Assembly: GCA_018268915.1 (NCBI GenBank)
Contig: JAFDVQ010000018.1
Span: 74,457-138,456 of the forward strand
Length of the DNA stretch: 64,000 nt
Source of the DNA: Acidobacteriota bacterium
GTDB lineage: Bacteria; Acidobacteriota; Terriglobia; Terriglobales; Acidobacteriaceae
Reading direction: 5' to 3'
Shown here: piece by piece, positions 31,931 to 42,346 of the stretch
Layout of the letters: the number at the start of each line of letters is the position of its first letter
Position numbering within the stretch: the stretch's first letter is position 1
Translations under genes and position numbers: made by a program
Notes under the pieces: generated by a model
Seen by the model: the letters and a program-made list of their open reading frames with translations, nothing else
Database searches by the model: none
What the model was told of the DNA's origin: nothing

Positions 31931-32404
31931 CTATGCAGTAGCTGGAGCCACGGCTTGTGGCTTCTTAGGAGTCATCGGAGTGGCAGCAGCAGCCGAGACC
32001 TTTGACAAAGCGGCCACGAGCAGATCGAGCTCGCTAACCACTTGGTTGACAGTGGACACGCTCGCGGGATTGCTCACGTGGCCCGCAGCCAGCAACCCTG
32101 TCAGATTGTCTTTCACGCCGCCAATGATGCTGCCGGCGCTCGGCGTTGGACCAAAGTCATAGATAGCGCCACTGGCCGCAGTCAACGCCGACTGTGCTTC
32201 GCGAACCACCTTGCCAACGATTGCGCCAGCGGGTGCTCCTGCTTCCAGCGTAACGATTGTCTGAAGTGCGGGACCGACGTAAGTTAGGATGGCGTCTGCG
32301 ACCTGCTCGATTCTAGGTGCGTCTTTGAAGAGCTTGGCTAGTTCTTTCTCTGCCCAGGCGGCAAATGTGTGCTCGACATTTGCGATTCCCTTGAAGATCG
32401 ACAT
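31931..32404 (-). CDS. Hypothetical Ala-rich amphipathic helical protein
   Basis: 157 aa, preceded by AAGGGAG, coherent composition. Confidence 0.7.
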   Translation of the reverse strand: MSIFKGIANVEHTFAAWAEKELAKLFKDAPRIEQVADAILTYVGPALQTIVTLEAGAPAGAIVGKVVREAQSALTAASGAIYDFGPTPSAGSIIGGVKDNLTGLLAAGHVSNPASVSTVNQVVSELDLLVAALSKVSAAAATPMTPKKPQAVAPATA

Positions 32405-32724
32405 TACGGATTGCTCCCTTTCGGTTCGGCCTTGTTGGCGTCGGATCCAGGCTCATTGTTTTCTGATGATTCCTGGATACAGAAACTGCAAAATCAACCG
32501 CGCGCCTCTCGAGTCCCGGTCCCCGATGCCGATGTGCTCCAAGAACGTGCGCTCTCACAGTGCTTCGACCGAAGTGCGCACGCACACTCTCAAAGCACCT
32601 GTTGAGCCTTTGATACGTCCAGGAGTATAGGGGGTCTCTCGTCTGCAGCTTGTCACCGAGTTGTCATCGAATCTTCACCGATGCGCGAACGGTCACGACA
32701 AAGCGCGCTTGCGTCGTTGTCGAT

Positions 32725-33369
32725 TCAAACGCCGGGCTTTTTCTCAAAAGCAGCCGCGGGAACCAGTTCTGCGGAGAAGTCTCCATCGAGCGTCACCGCA
32801 TTCCCTTCGAACTGCTTCAGCGCAGCATCGTCTCCCGCAACTGTCATCCAACAAACGGCCGCGCGCTTTAACAGGCTGCATGCAACCTCTAAGGTGTATG
32901 GCATCTCCGGATGACCCTTGGGACTTCCCTTGGCGCGCTCGATCCACATGCTGTGATTCCCCAGCTTGTACGACCCGAATATCGGCTCACCGAAATCGAA
33001 GAAAGCCCGCGGCCCCTCAGAAGCGCCTTCTGCAAATCCAGGCAGATCTTTCTCTGTCATGATCTGCCCGAAGCAATCGAAGGGCAGAGCCATCGAAGCC
33101 ATAAAGGAGGGTGGCGCTCCTTTGCGTGCGCTTACCGGAACCTGGATGCAGGCAATCTCTTTCTTCTCTTCATCCGTCTTGGCGTTCGCTGTCTGCCTGG
33201 CCTTCACTTCTGGAAGTGTCGATTGCGCATCGATGGCATCCCACCCGGATGGCACGTGATATTCGAATCCAAAGTCTCCCGGGATTGGAGCCGGCGCAGG
33301 CGCTTGCTGCTGCCCCGCTGCACACAACGTCGTAAGGAAAAATGCGGCAATTAGAGAGCGAGCATTCAT
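32725..33369 (-). CDS. Hypothetical secreted protein
   Basis: 214 aa with a signal peptide (LIAAFFLTTLCAAG) and several Cys. A TAGACT -10-like box lies 9 nt upstream. Confidence 0.7.
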   Translation of the reverse strand: MNARSLIAAFFLTTLCAAGQQQAPAPAPIPGDFGFEYHVPSGWDAIDAQSTLPEVKARQTANAKTDEEKKEIACIQVPVSARKGAPPSFMASMALPFDCFGQIMTEKDLPGFAEGASEGPRAFFDFGEPIFGSYKLGNHSMWIERAKGSPKGHPEMPYTLEVACSLLKRAAVCWMTVAGDDAALKQFEGNAVTLDGDFSAELVPAAAFEKKPGV

Positions 33370-33421
33370 TGCGCGGTCAGTCTACCACGGTGTCGGGAAG
33401 CAACCCGTGTTGAGAGATGCG

Positions 33422-33967
33422 CTACTTCAAGAACAACACCGATGCTGCCGACGCAACCCCGCCAAGCGCAAACGCGATGCCAAAGTACCAGTAGATCCGG
33501 CTTTTCGTCAGCAGAGTCACAGATGTGATGACCAGACCAATCTCGAGGAGCGCCTCAGCAAGATCGAAACGATCCGCGCGCACCTCGGCCTGCTCAACCT
33601 TCTCTTCAAGCCCTTTTGCCTTCTCCTGTTCTTCGTTAAGATCCTCGTTCCACTTCTCCTGGTGGCTGGCATAGCCTTTCAATATGTTCTGAGCCTTTGT
33701 TTTGTCAGCAACCGTGACCGTATTCAACATGTCATCGGAAAGGCTCGTGTTGTAAGAACGAATCTTCTTGGCCTGGTACTCATTCCATTGATCGGTGGCC
33801 TTGTTCTGGAAGAGCACCGCCTGCGTGTGCGTGCGATGTCCCAGCACAGTCGTGATGGCCACCATCACCGCCAGCACGCTCATCGAGAACGCCACCGGCC
33901 GCAGGGTCTCCTCATGCGCGCCGTGCTCCGCGTGCTCCTTCAATTCCTGAACTTCATGTGCTTCCAT
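33422..33967 (-). CDS. DUF4337 family membrane protein
   Basis: N-terminal TM, QNKATDQWNEYQAKKIR, coiled coil, FDLAEALLEIGLVITSV plus a C-terminal TM. Directly downstream of cysS. Confidence 0.85.
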   Translation of the reverse strand: MEAHEVQELKEHAEHGAHEETLRPVAFSMSVLAVMVAITTVLGHRTHTQAVLFQNKATDQWNEYQAKKIRSYNTSLSDDMLNTVTVADKTKAQNILKGYASHQEKWNEDLNEEQEKAKGLEEKVEQAEVRADRFDLAEALLEIGLVITSVTLLTKSRIYWYFGIAFALGGVASAASVLFLK

Positions 33968-34000
33968 GCCGCAGACCTCACCGGAATATCGAAATCGTGA

Positions 34001-35500
34001 CTACTTCCGCTTCCACCTGACCCCATCCTTGGAGTCTTCGATGAGGATGCCCTTCTCCGTCAGCTCCTTGCGGATCTGATCAGCGCGCCCAAAATCCCGA
34101 CGGCGCTTCGCCTGGTCCCGCTCGGCAAGCAGAGCATTGATCGCCTCATCCGTCAGCGAAACCTGGGCCAGTAGTTCCGGTGCAATGTCCGCCTCGCGCC
34201 CTTCGTTCTTCGCCCACTCAACCGCTTTGCGCATCGGCTCGGTATCGCGATCGTCGATCACCGCAAACACCGCGTCGAAGTCGGCCAGCACGCGTTTCAC
34301 AACTTCACGATCAGCTTCGAAGAACTTACCCTGATCCATCGCGGTATTCGAAAAGCGCACCAGGTCGAATATCGGAGCGCGCGCTTCAGCTGTATTAAGA
34401 TCATTCGCGAGCGCCGCAATGTAGTCCTCATGGGCCTTGTTCGCAGTGATCTGCACCTCGGCATTCGATCCCGCTTCGAATTTGCCCTTCATCAGTCTGT
34501 CGTTGAAGGTCCGCAGCCGATCGATCGCCGCCGTCGCATCGGTCAGCCCGTCGAATGTGAAGTTCAATTGATGACGATAGGGCACCGAAATCAACGCCAG
34601 TCGAATAGCCGATGCCTTGTATCCCTTGATCAGCAGATCGCGGAGCGTATAGAAGTTCCCTTCACTCTTCGACATCTTTTTGCCGTCGACCAGCAGGAAA
34701 CGCACATGCATCCAGTGCCGCGCCAGCGGCTTATGCGTCACGCTCTCACTCTGTGCAATTTCATTCTCGTGATGGGGAAACATCAGGTCTTCGCCGCCTG
34801 CATGCAGATCGAAGCTGTCGCCCAGATACTTCATAGACATCGCCGAGCATTCGATATGCCAACCCGGTCGCCCGCGCCCGATCGCGGTATCCCACGCCGT
34901 CTCGCCTGGCTTCGGCGCCTTCCACAATGCAAAGTCGCGCGCCGAGTCCTTCTCGTACTCGTCCACGTCCACGCGCGCTCCGTCTTCCATCCCGCTCAGG
35001 TCCTTCTTGCTCAACTTCCCGTACTCCGGAAACGCCTTCAGCTTGAAGTACCACGACCCGTCTTCTGTCTTGTAGGCCGCGCCGGCTTCCTTCAACTTCT
35101 CGATCAGCTCGACCATTCGGTCGATGTTCTCAGTTGCGCGTGCGATTGTCTCCGGCCGCTCCACGCCGAGCGCGTCCAGATCTTCGAAGAACGCATCGAC
35201 ATATTTCGACGTGTATTTGTCAATTGAAATTCCGGCAGCCGACGAGTTGCGGATAATCTTGTCATCCACATCGGTGATGTTCATGACGTGCCGAAGCGGC
35301 ATTCCGATCAGCTTCAGGAACCTCCGCAGCACATCGATCTCGAGAAAAGTCCTGAAATTCCCGATGTGCCCGTAGTCGTACACAGTCGGCCCGCAGGCAT
35401 ACATCCGCAATTCCTTCCCTTCGGAAGGAGTCAGCTCATCTATTTGTCCTGAGAGGGTGTTGAAGAGGCGCAGGGTCGTCGTCGCGAGCAGGGGACTCAT
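34001..35500 (-). CDS. cysS: Cysteinyl-tRNA synthetase
   Basis: YACGPTVY..HIGN, GRPGWHIECS, FPHHENE and KMSKS. Start moved to MSPLL (ATG 35500), which follows GGAG. Confidence 0.98.
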   Translation of the reverse strand: MSPLLATTTLRLFNTLSGQIDELTPSEGKELRMYACGPTVYDYGHIGNFRTFLEIDVLRRFLKLIGMPLRHVMNITDVDDKIIRNSSAAGISIDKYTSKYVDAFFEDLDALGVERPETIARATENIDRMVELIEKLKEAGAAYKTEDGSWYFKLKAFPEYGKLSKKDLSGMEDGARVDVDEYEKDSARDFALWKAPKPGETAWDTAIGRGRPGWHIECSAMSMKYLGDSFDLHAGGEDLMFPHHENEIAQSESVTHKPLARHWMHVRFLLVDGKKMSKSEGNFYTLRDLLIKGYKASAIRLALISVPYRHQLNFTFDGLTDATAAIDRLRTFNDRLMKGKFEAGSNAEVQITANKAHEDYIAALANDLNTAEARAPIFDLVRFSNTAMDQGKFFEADREVVKRVLADFDAVFAVIDDRDTEPMRKAVEWAKNEGREADIAPELLAQVSLTDEAINALLAERDQAKRRRDFGRADQIRKELTEKGILIEDSKDGVRWKRK

Positions 35501-35645
35501 ATCTCCAGTCAAATCAGGGGGCATTCGATCTACCCGATTGTAGCAAGTGGGGATTACAGGTAGGATTCCACGTTACTTTTGCTCCCCATCATGGTGACCC
35601 TGACTCCATCGTATTCTGCTTGCAACGCCTTATGCCCATTCGACC

Positions 35646-36419
35646 GTGACTAGTGTGATGGAAGATCACGTTCTTTCCCTGCTCTGCGATCCCGACACCC
35701 GCTACTCCCTCGAGCGAGCCGGCACGAACCTGCGCAACACTGCCACCGGGCGTATCTATCCCATCCGCGACGGCATTCCGCTCTTCGTCAGCACCCTTAC
35801 AGGACCCAACCTGAAATATCAGACTCTGTACGATCGAATCGCTCCCGGATACGATCTCGCAGAGAGCCTTTACCACTGGATCAGGCGAAAGCCGAACTAC
35901 CGCCATGAGTTTCTGAGTGAGTTGGAGATTAAGCCGCAGGCGACCGTTTTAGAGGTTTCCGTCGGAACCGGAGCAAATCTGCGATTTCTGCCCCACGACA
36001 TAACCTTCTACGGCATCGACATCTCCTGGGGCATGCTGCGCAAATGCGAAAGAAACCTGCTCAAGTGGCGTCGCAAGGCTCACCTTTTTCAGGCCGAAGC
36101 GGAGCGTCTTCCTTTCAAAGTCGGCGCATTCGACTGCGTCTTTCACGCGGGCGGCATCAATTATTTCACCGATAAGGCGCGTGCCATCAAGGAGATGGTC
36201 TGGGTGGCCAAGCCGGGCACAAAGATTGTCATCGTAGACGAGATCGAGCGCACGGTCCGCGACTCGTCCCAGCGCTCACCGATACTGCGCGAAAGCTTCC
36301 CTGTCCGCTCGGACAAAGTGCGCTGCCCCATCGAATTCGTTCCCCCGGAAATGAAAGACGTCTCTGCTCGCGAAATCTGCGGCGGTAAGTTCTATTGCCT
36401 TACCTTTCGCAAACCGTGA
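35646..36419 (+). CDS. Class I SAM methyltransferase with an N-terminal Trm112-like module
   Basis: LLCDPDTRYSL...GRIYPIRDGIPLF (Trm112-like), VLEVSVGTG (motif I variant), GIDISWGML, AEAERLPF and KPGTKIVIVD. Confidence 0.85.
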   Translation: MTSVMEDHVLSLLCDPDTRYSLERAGTNLRNTATGRIYPIRDGIPLFVSTLTGPNLKYQTLYDRIAPGYDLAESLYHWIRRKPNYRHEFLSELEIKPQATVLEVSVGTGANLRFLPHDITFYGIDISWGMLRKCERNLLKWRRKAHLFQAEAERLPFKVGAFDCVFHAGGINYFTDKARAIKEMVWVAKPGTKIVIVDEIERTVRDSSQRSPILRESFPVRSDKVRCPIEFVPPEMKDVSAREICGGKFYCLTFRKP

Positions 36420-36432
36420 CCATCGTATCGGA

Positions 36433-37215
36433 ATGCAGTTAACCAGCCCCACTCGCAGCCGTCATACAGGTGGGAATGGAGGCGGAATGGATCGAGACCT
36501 TGCCTGTTTCGATAGATGGTGGTTTCCGGGTCGCTGGCTCGGAGCTGCGTCGCTGGTCCTCGCCCCTCCCATTCTTCTGACTGGAGTACTGCTTCGAGTT
36601 CGATTTCATTTCTTCTTCCCGCAACAGCTCGCTGCGTACCACGATCATCCTCGTCTGATGGCTGCCGCATACAGTTGCTTTCTCGCAGGCAACATTCTGC
36701 TGTGGCCGGCTGTGCTCACAGCTGGAAATATGATCGGGAAGCGAAGGCCAGGATGGGCCACATGGGGCACAGCCTTTGTGATGTTCGGGCTATTCGCACG
36801 AACCTTCCATGCCGGCGCTGACTTCCTCGCCTTTCAGGTGGCGAAGAACCTGGGAGTTGAAAGTGCAACCAGGGTGATCGCAGCGTCGTACGGAGCCTTT
36901 CACATTGTCTCGGCACTCAATGCCACCATTTTGTTGGGATGGATTCTACTCGCAATTGGCGCCTATCTTTCGAAGACGATGGGGCTGGCAAGGTCCGCGG
37001 CTCTGGCACTGATGTCGGCGCTTATGATGGGAGTCTTGAAGGGTAGCTCATTCATATCGGTGATTGCTGCGAGCGGGTTATGCGCAGCTTTTGTGCCACT
37101 CGGAATTACATTGCTTCGCACGCCACCATCGCCCTCGCTCAAGAAACTGCTTCTCGGATCCGCTGCCGGACTCGTCTTCGTGGCAGCGCTATTCATCTTC
37201 GGACGGTTAGGCTGA
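36433..37215 (+). CDS. Multi-pass membrane protein of unknown function
   Basis: About 7 hydrophobic segments, 13 bp downstream of the methyltransferase. The start may be MDRDL. Confidence 0.7.
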   Translation: MQLTSPTRSRHTGGNGGGMDRDLACFDRWWFPGRWLGAASLVLAPPILLTGVLLRVRFHFFFPQQLAAYHDHPRLMAAAYSCFLAGNILLWPAVLTAGNMIGKRRPGWATWGTAFVMFGLFARTFHAGADFLAFQVAKNLGVESATRVIAASYGAFHIVSALNATILLGWILLAIGAYLSKTMGLARSAALALMSALMMGVLKGSSFISVIAASGLCAAFVPLGITLLRTPPSPSLKKLLLGSAAGLVFVAALFIFGRLG

Positions 37216-37280
37216 TTCACCTCTTGCTTGATTCTGGATTCAATGCTGAACGGCGAGTAAAAGCGGCTTTTCAAAAAGAT

Positions 37281-38327
37281 CTACGTCGACGACAACGCGA
37301 AGTGTTCGGAACGCCACTGCATAATCCTCAACTTCGAGTTTTGGTAAATCCGCTCTGTGGTGTTGATCCTTCGAAAAACGTCGCGGCGCTCCTCGATCTT
37401 TAGCCCGAGAATCTTGCGATAGAGATGGTCAGCCCCTGGAGTCGCCACGCCATCTGCATCAAATATCAGGTTCATCGCCTGGGCATGCTCCATGGCAGTA
37501 ATCATCAGGAGTTTGACGGCGTCAGGATGCGGAGCTCGTTCCAGACCGTTCTCCGATGCCACCCGATACGTCGATAGCCAGTAAAAGCATCGGCGATCAT
37601 CCCATATGTAGACGATTGCAGCATCGCACAACGCAGAAGAAGAGCTGTCGTCACTTACGTCCTCTGGATTCTGCTTAGCCGCAAGCACCCTTGCACAGCC
37701 GCGATCAAGTGCCTGTTGGATGAGCGGCATCAGCATGTTGAGCGGGGCATAGCTTCGTTTTCCCTGCGCCATCAAGTTCTCGCCGAAATACCTTACAAAT
37801 TCGCGAGGGGTAATGTCCACGCATGCGAGGCGTTTCGCGGCTCGCTTTATATGTCCGCGATGTTTGCGCTTCCGCTCGTTCTGCACGTCGCCTCCCTCCG
37901 GAAGACGCACGTATGTAATCTGGCTCGAATGCTCAAATCCTGCTTCGAAGAAGGCGGTTCTGACTAGATCCGCATAACATAGTGTCTGATCGCAGGTGAA
38001 TGTGAATGACGCCCTTCGAGGCAGTTGCTTCAGGAGATCGCGCAGCACATCCAATTTCTCTCGAACACTCAGATTCTCCTCCACGACCGGACCCCCGAGA
38101 TGGGTCCAATAGGGATCCTGGCCGAATGCGAGTCCGAGCCTGTTCCTCCGCAAGACGAACGGAAGCCTTCCCACGAGGCGTCCGTTACGCATCGCCTTTA
38201 CTTCGCGGTAGCCCGGAAATCCTTGTGCTATCTCCTGCCACCAGCTCTGGTGAAATACTGACAGATCCAGCTTGCTCTGCTCGGTAACCTGCGCGAGCAG
38301 ACTCGACGACATTACGTCGACCCCCAT
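37281..38327 (-). CDS. GNAT family N-acetyltransferase (CelD/BcsL, Acetyltransf_6-like)
   Basis: VFHQSWW, GRLPFV, RKHRGHIKRA, and AVKLLMITAMEHA...FDADG (typical FD-x-G) fit the tandem GNAT/FemAB-like fold. Confidence 0.7.
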   Translation of the reverse strand: MGVDVMSSSLLAQVTEQSKLDLSVFHQSWWQEIAQGFPGYREVKAMRNGRLVGRLPFVLRRNRLGLAFGQDPYWTHLGGPVVEENLSVREKLDVLRDLLKQLPRRASFTFTCDQTLCYADLVRTAFFEAGFEHSSQITYVRLPEGGDVQNERKRKHRGHIKRAAKRLACVDITPREFVRYFGENLMAQGKRSYAPLNMLMPLIQQALDRGCARVLAAKQNPEDVSDDSSSSALCDAAIVYIWDDRRCFYWLSTYRVASENGLERAPHPDAVKLLMITAMEHAQAMNLIFDADGVATPGADHLYRKILGLKIEERRDVFRRINTTERIYQNSKLRIMQWRSEHFALSST

Positions 38328-38503
38328 AACCTCTCCTCTTGCCGGTCCGTGCTCAGGTCCGACTGATTAGCCTTGATGCGGTATCCCGCTCATCGGGTCC
38401 CGCCTTACTTGTTTGAGGACAGTAAGTGCGGACGATCTGAACACCCGAAACAGAGAAGTTCCTGATTCCGGTTCGATGAGCCCGCCTTCAGGGAAAGGGC
38501 TTT

Positions 38504-38797
38504 CTAACAACGGAGGATTTGGTTGGATAGGAAAAAGAGAGACGAGCCGCTCGCCGAGGACTGGTGCACGTAAGCGAGATCAGTTGTTTCGTACAGTTCC
38601 ACCTGAACCACGGACGCAGGGAATTGCAGATTCCCTTGTGGCACGTGATGGACAACTCCGTGAATTACCTGAGGAGCCGTGTTCAACTGTAGGGCTGTGT
38701 CAGGGGCATCAATCTCAGGCACGATCAGCATGACCGCTATCACGCTCAAAAGCGCAACGAGAAGCCAGGTCGACAGGGGAAGAGATTTCTTTGACAC
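38504..38797 (-). CDS. Small hypothetical membrane-anchored protein
   Basis: 97 aa, GTG start after AAGGA, N-terminal hydrophobic helix, ends in LRC. Confidence 0.45.
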   Translation of the reverse strand: MSKKSLPLSTWLLVALLSVIAVMLIVPEIDAPDTALQLNTAPQVIHGVVHHVPQGNLQFPASVVQVELYETTDLAYVHQSSASGSSLFFLSNQILRC

Positions 38798-39002
38798 CGA
38801 GCACGGATCCTTATCTGGGAGTCTGTGCGGATAGTACCTCTACTTCTCCCACAAGATCAACACTTTCAGTAATGCATCTACTGGAACTTAGGTGCGGATG
38901 AATTGATTACTCTGAATCACCTCCCGCATCAGTTCTTTAAAAAGCCAGACAGGATTGAAGCTGACCGCGGTCGAGGAGCGGCTTTCAACGTCGCTCCAAA
39001 GC

Positions 39003-39743
39003 TCAAGCAGCGAACCCGCCATCGATCAGCAAGGAAGCACCAGTAATGTATCCCGCCTCCGGACCCGCAAGGTAGGCAGTCAATGCGGCAATTTCATCTC
39101 CCCGCCCGTAGCGCTTCATCGCCAGCAGTCCAAGCATTGTCTCCGCAAACGGGCCGCTCGCCGGATTCGCCTCAGTATCGACTGGCCCCGGCTGGATGTT
39201 GTTGACCGTGATCTTACGCTCGCCCAGATCTCGCGCCAGCCCTTTCGTGAAGCTCGCGACAGCACCCTTGGTGAGCGCATAAACCGAACCGCCCACGAAT
39301 GGCATCCTCTCGCTATTTACGGAGCCGATTGTAATGATGCGGCCCCCGTCCGGCATATGCCTTAGCGACTCCTGGATCGCGGTGAAGACGCTGCGAACAT
39401 TCACAGAAAGTGCCCGTTCAAAGTCCTCGACTGGATAGTTCGCGATCGGTCCAAGAGCCAGGACTCCGGCGTTGTTCACCAGGATGTCAATTTTTCCGAA
39501 CGCCTTCGACGCCTGCTCCACTGCCGCGCGAACGGCCGCTTGATCTGCCGCATCCGCTTTGATCGCGAGCGCCTTGCCGCCGTCTTTCACGATCTGATCG
39601 GCAACTTGCTGAGCGCGCTCCGGCGACGAGCTGTAAGTAACCGCGACGTCGGCTCCGTCTTTCGCCAGCCTCTTTGCAATAGCCGCACCAATCCCACGCG
39701 ATCCACCTGTAACCAGTGCGGATTTCCCGCTCAAAGTCGGCAT
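39003..39743 (-). CDS. SDR oxidoreductase, BdcA/FabG-like
   Basis: TGGSRGIG, NNAG, YALTK (YxxxK), QPGPVDTEANP and IDGGFAA. Confidence 0.92.
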   Translation of the reverse strand: MPTLSGKSALVTGGSRGIGAAIAKRLAKDGADVAVTYSSSPERAQQVADQIVKDGGKALAIKADAADQAAVRAAVEQASKAFGKIDILVNNAGVLALGPIANYPVEDFERALSVNVRSVFTAIQESLRHMPDGGRIITIGSVNSERMPFVGGSVYALTKGAVASFTKGLARDLGERKITVNNIQPGPVDTEANPASGPFAETMLGLLAMKRYGRGDEIAALTAYLAGPEAGYITGASLLIDGGFAA

Positions 39744-39910
39744 CTACTTCTCCTCCGAAATGATGTTTTGTCTTTAGATCTGCACAGATCGTCCCATGAC
39801 TATATCGCATTGGATTAAACGGAAATGAAACGGGGAGCGCGGAAATGAGGACAGTGCGTCCCGTCTGCAGCAGCCTCACCAAAGCCAGCCCTGCATGTTA
39901 AAGATTCTAG

Positions 39911-40756
39911 TCAAGCGCTCAGCAGTGCAACAGCCGCGAGCGCGAGTCCCATCCCCGCGAGCTGCCGTTTTGTCGGTCGCTCACGCAGGATGATGCCGGC
40001 CAGCAGGATCGTCCCTGCTGGGTACATCGAGCAGATGACCGCCGCTACGTCCAGCCGTCCTGTCTGGGAGGCCATCATGTAGAAGAGATTCCCCACCGTA
40101 TCCAGGCAGCCCGAGATGATTCCCGCCAACCAAAAGCCCCGCCAGCCGCCCTTCGGTCGCGCAATAGCAACCGTAAGCAGGATGGCCGTTGCTCCAGCGA
40201 TCCTGCCTGAAGTCAGTGCCCAAAGCACGCCACCTTCTGCACCCATTTTGAACAGGATGAGCTGTGCGCCAAACCCCGTTCCTGCACACGCACCCAGCAG
40301 CAGAGCGCGCGCCGGTGTCGCTGAGCCGCTCGATCTCTGAGATTGCGAGATCATCCAGATCGACGCCAAACCCACAGCGAGCCCTGCCACGGTCAACGTT
40401 CCGGGCCATCCCGTCCGCAAGAGATTGAAGAGAACCGGGATCAGTGCCGTCAACAAGCCCGTTATGGCCGCCGTCAGTCCCATCGCTCCCATCGCCAGCG
40501 CACGATAAAAGATCGCCAGAGCAAACGCACCTTCAAACCCGCCAATCGCAGCGTAGACCAAGTACCTGAAGTCGGGAACGGGCAAGCGCAGTACGAAGCA
40601 AATGCAGAGCAGTGCAGCGAGAGAAACGACTTGACCCGAAGCCGTAATCAGAAGACTCGAAGCCCGCCGCGCACCCCACCCGCCTACAAAGTCAGACCCT
40701 CCCCACGTAGCCGCAGAGAGCAGGCTTAGCCCTGCTGTAGCCCCTGAAGAAGCCAT
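39911..40756 (-). CDS. DMT/EamA family transporter
   Basis: Ten-TM pattern, WGGSDF, YRALAMG and MYPAGTILLAGIILRER. Confidence 0.9.
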   Translation of the reverse strand: MASSGATAGLSLLSAATWGGSDFVGGWGARRASSLLITASGQVVSLAALLCICFVLRLPVPDFRYLVYAAIGGFEGAFALAIFYRALAMGAMGLTAAITGLLTALIPVLFNLLRTGWPGTLTVAGLAVGLASIWMISQSQRSSGSATPARALLLGACAGTGFGAQLILFKMGAEGGVLWALTSGRIAGATAILLTVAIARPKGGWRGFWLAGIISGCLDTVGNLFYMMASQTGRLDVAAVICSMYPAGTILLAGIILRERPTKRQLAGMGLALAAVALLSA

Positions 40757-40782
40757 GGTGTAATTCGCCTTGCTGTTACAGG

Positions 40783-42090
40783 TTAGTGCTGAACGTTGTC
40801 GCGGCTCGAGGCGTAGTAGCCCTTCTTCGCAATGACTTCTACACCCGGCCGGTTCACGCGTACCTCAATTTTGCGATACTTGCTGTCGAACGGAGGCTCG
40901 TGGCTCGCGTATACCAGCATGTACTGGTTGCGGGCCTGCTCCGCGAGTTGCGCATAGCTTTTCTCAATCCCGTTCAGATCGCGCTCAGACTGCAGAATTC
41001 CACCAGTAGCTTGCACGTACCCATAGAGCCGGTTGTCGTACATGGTGAATGGCAAGTGCAGGCGGCTGATGTAGCCCTCGCCCCACCGCGCCGCATCACC
41101 CACCAGAGTGCCATACACGGCAATCTTATTGGTCTGCAAATAGCGGAGCACATCTTTGTAGGCCGCCTTGCTGCCATATTCTTTGCCGTCCGAGATCACG
41201 TAGATGATTCGCCGCCGCCCCTGCGGGCGATCCGAAAGTTCCTTAGCTGCCGACAGAATCGCGTCGTTAAGCGTGTGGATTTCCTTCGGAAGGGTAATGA
41301 AAGAACTGCTGCCGGTGGCTCCGCCCCGCTGCATCGTAGGGTTGGAGTCGAGACAGCCGCCGTTCTTGGTGATCGAACATGGGCCGAAAGCGCCGCTGTT
41401 GATCGGAACAGCTTCTTCGCGCCCGCTCGCCTTGGCCATCGCCATCACCATCGGCACGCGGCTCCCCTGAGCACCCGTGAACGGTGTCAGCTTGCGTGGA
41501 CCATTGTTATAGGTAAAGACCGAGATCTCGTCGTAAGGCGACAGGGCACCCTGGATCGCACCCAGCGAGTTGTTCACCTTCTCCATCACGTCCATCGTTA
41601 CGCTCTGATCGACAACGAAGGCCATCGAGAGCGGCGCCGGATCAACCGAGAAGATCTTCAACGGCTCCCACTTGTCGTTCTCATATACCTTGAAGTCGCG
41701 CCAGGTGAGGCCGGCGATGGGATTGCCCTTCTGATCCTTGATGGTGACAGGGACCTCGACGTATGTCGTATACGTGCGAACGATCTGCCCGATGTCTTCG
41801 GGAGTCGCGGTATCAGGAGCGGTCGTCTGCACATCAGTCGGGGGCGTTGGAGGAGCCTTGGGAGTTGCCTGCTGCGGCACATCCGAAGTGGTGCTGGAAC
41901 TCGTAGGTCCTGCCGTCGCTCCTATCCCCGGAGTGATGGGCCCGAGCTCTTTCAGAGGTGAAGAAGGCTGCGGCTTGGGAGCATCCGGCACGGCCTGCTG
42001 ATCGGTTGACTGCGCAAACGCTGCAACGCTTGCACCCAACCCCAAACTGAGAATTGCCGTAATTGCCAGTGCTTTCAAACCACGGTTCAC
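40783..42090 (-). CDS. Acidobacterial VWFA-related secreted protein
   Basis: Signal peptide, VEVPVTIKDQKG..GLT..DF.VYEN, VVDQSVT, VISDG and QYMLVY...YRKIEVRV..KKGYY. Start moved to the GTG at 42090, which follows GGAGG. Confidence 0.85.
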   Translation of the reverse strand: MNRGLKALAITAILSLGLGASVAAFAQSTDQQAVPDAPKPQPSSPLKELGPITPGIGATAGPTSSSTTSDVPQQATPKAPPTPPTDVQTTAPDTATPEDIGQIVRTYTTYVEVPVTIKDQKGNPIAGLTWRDFKVYENDKWEPLKIFSVDPAPLSMAFVVDQSVTMDVMEKVNNSLGAIQGALSPYDEISVFTYNNGPRKLTPFTGAQGSRVPMVMAMAKASGREEAVPINSGAFGPCSITKNGGCLDSNPTMQRGGATGSSSFITLPKEIHTLNDAILSAAKELSDRPQGRRRIIYVISDGKEYGSKAAYKDVLRYLQTNKIAVYGTLVGDAARWGEGYISRLHLPFTMYDNRLYGYVQATGGILQSERDLNGIEKSYAQLAEQARNQYMLVYASHEPPFDSKYRKIEVRVNRPGVEVIAKKGYYASSRDNVQH

Positions 42091-42346
42091 AGCTGTTCTT
42101 CCTCCCCCTTCGCATCGCCAATGCGGGACAAGATCGGCCCGACGCATTGACTCTGCGGTACTGCCCCGCGCCAGCGCGATTCCTGGCCCACAGTTGCGCC
42201 CCATACTCTGAGCTGCAACCGTCAGATTATCAGACGCACCAACGCCTCGCAGGTTGCCCTCTTCCGCCTCAAACACCGGGCCTTGCCTCTGTCTTTACAA
42301 TGAAAATGCTCTCTTTCGCCCGGCTTTTGGCGTCAAACTAGTTAGG

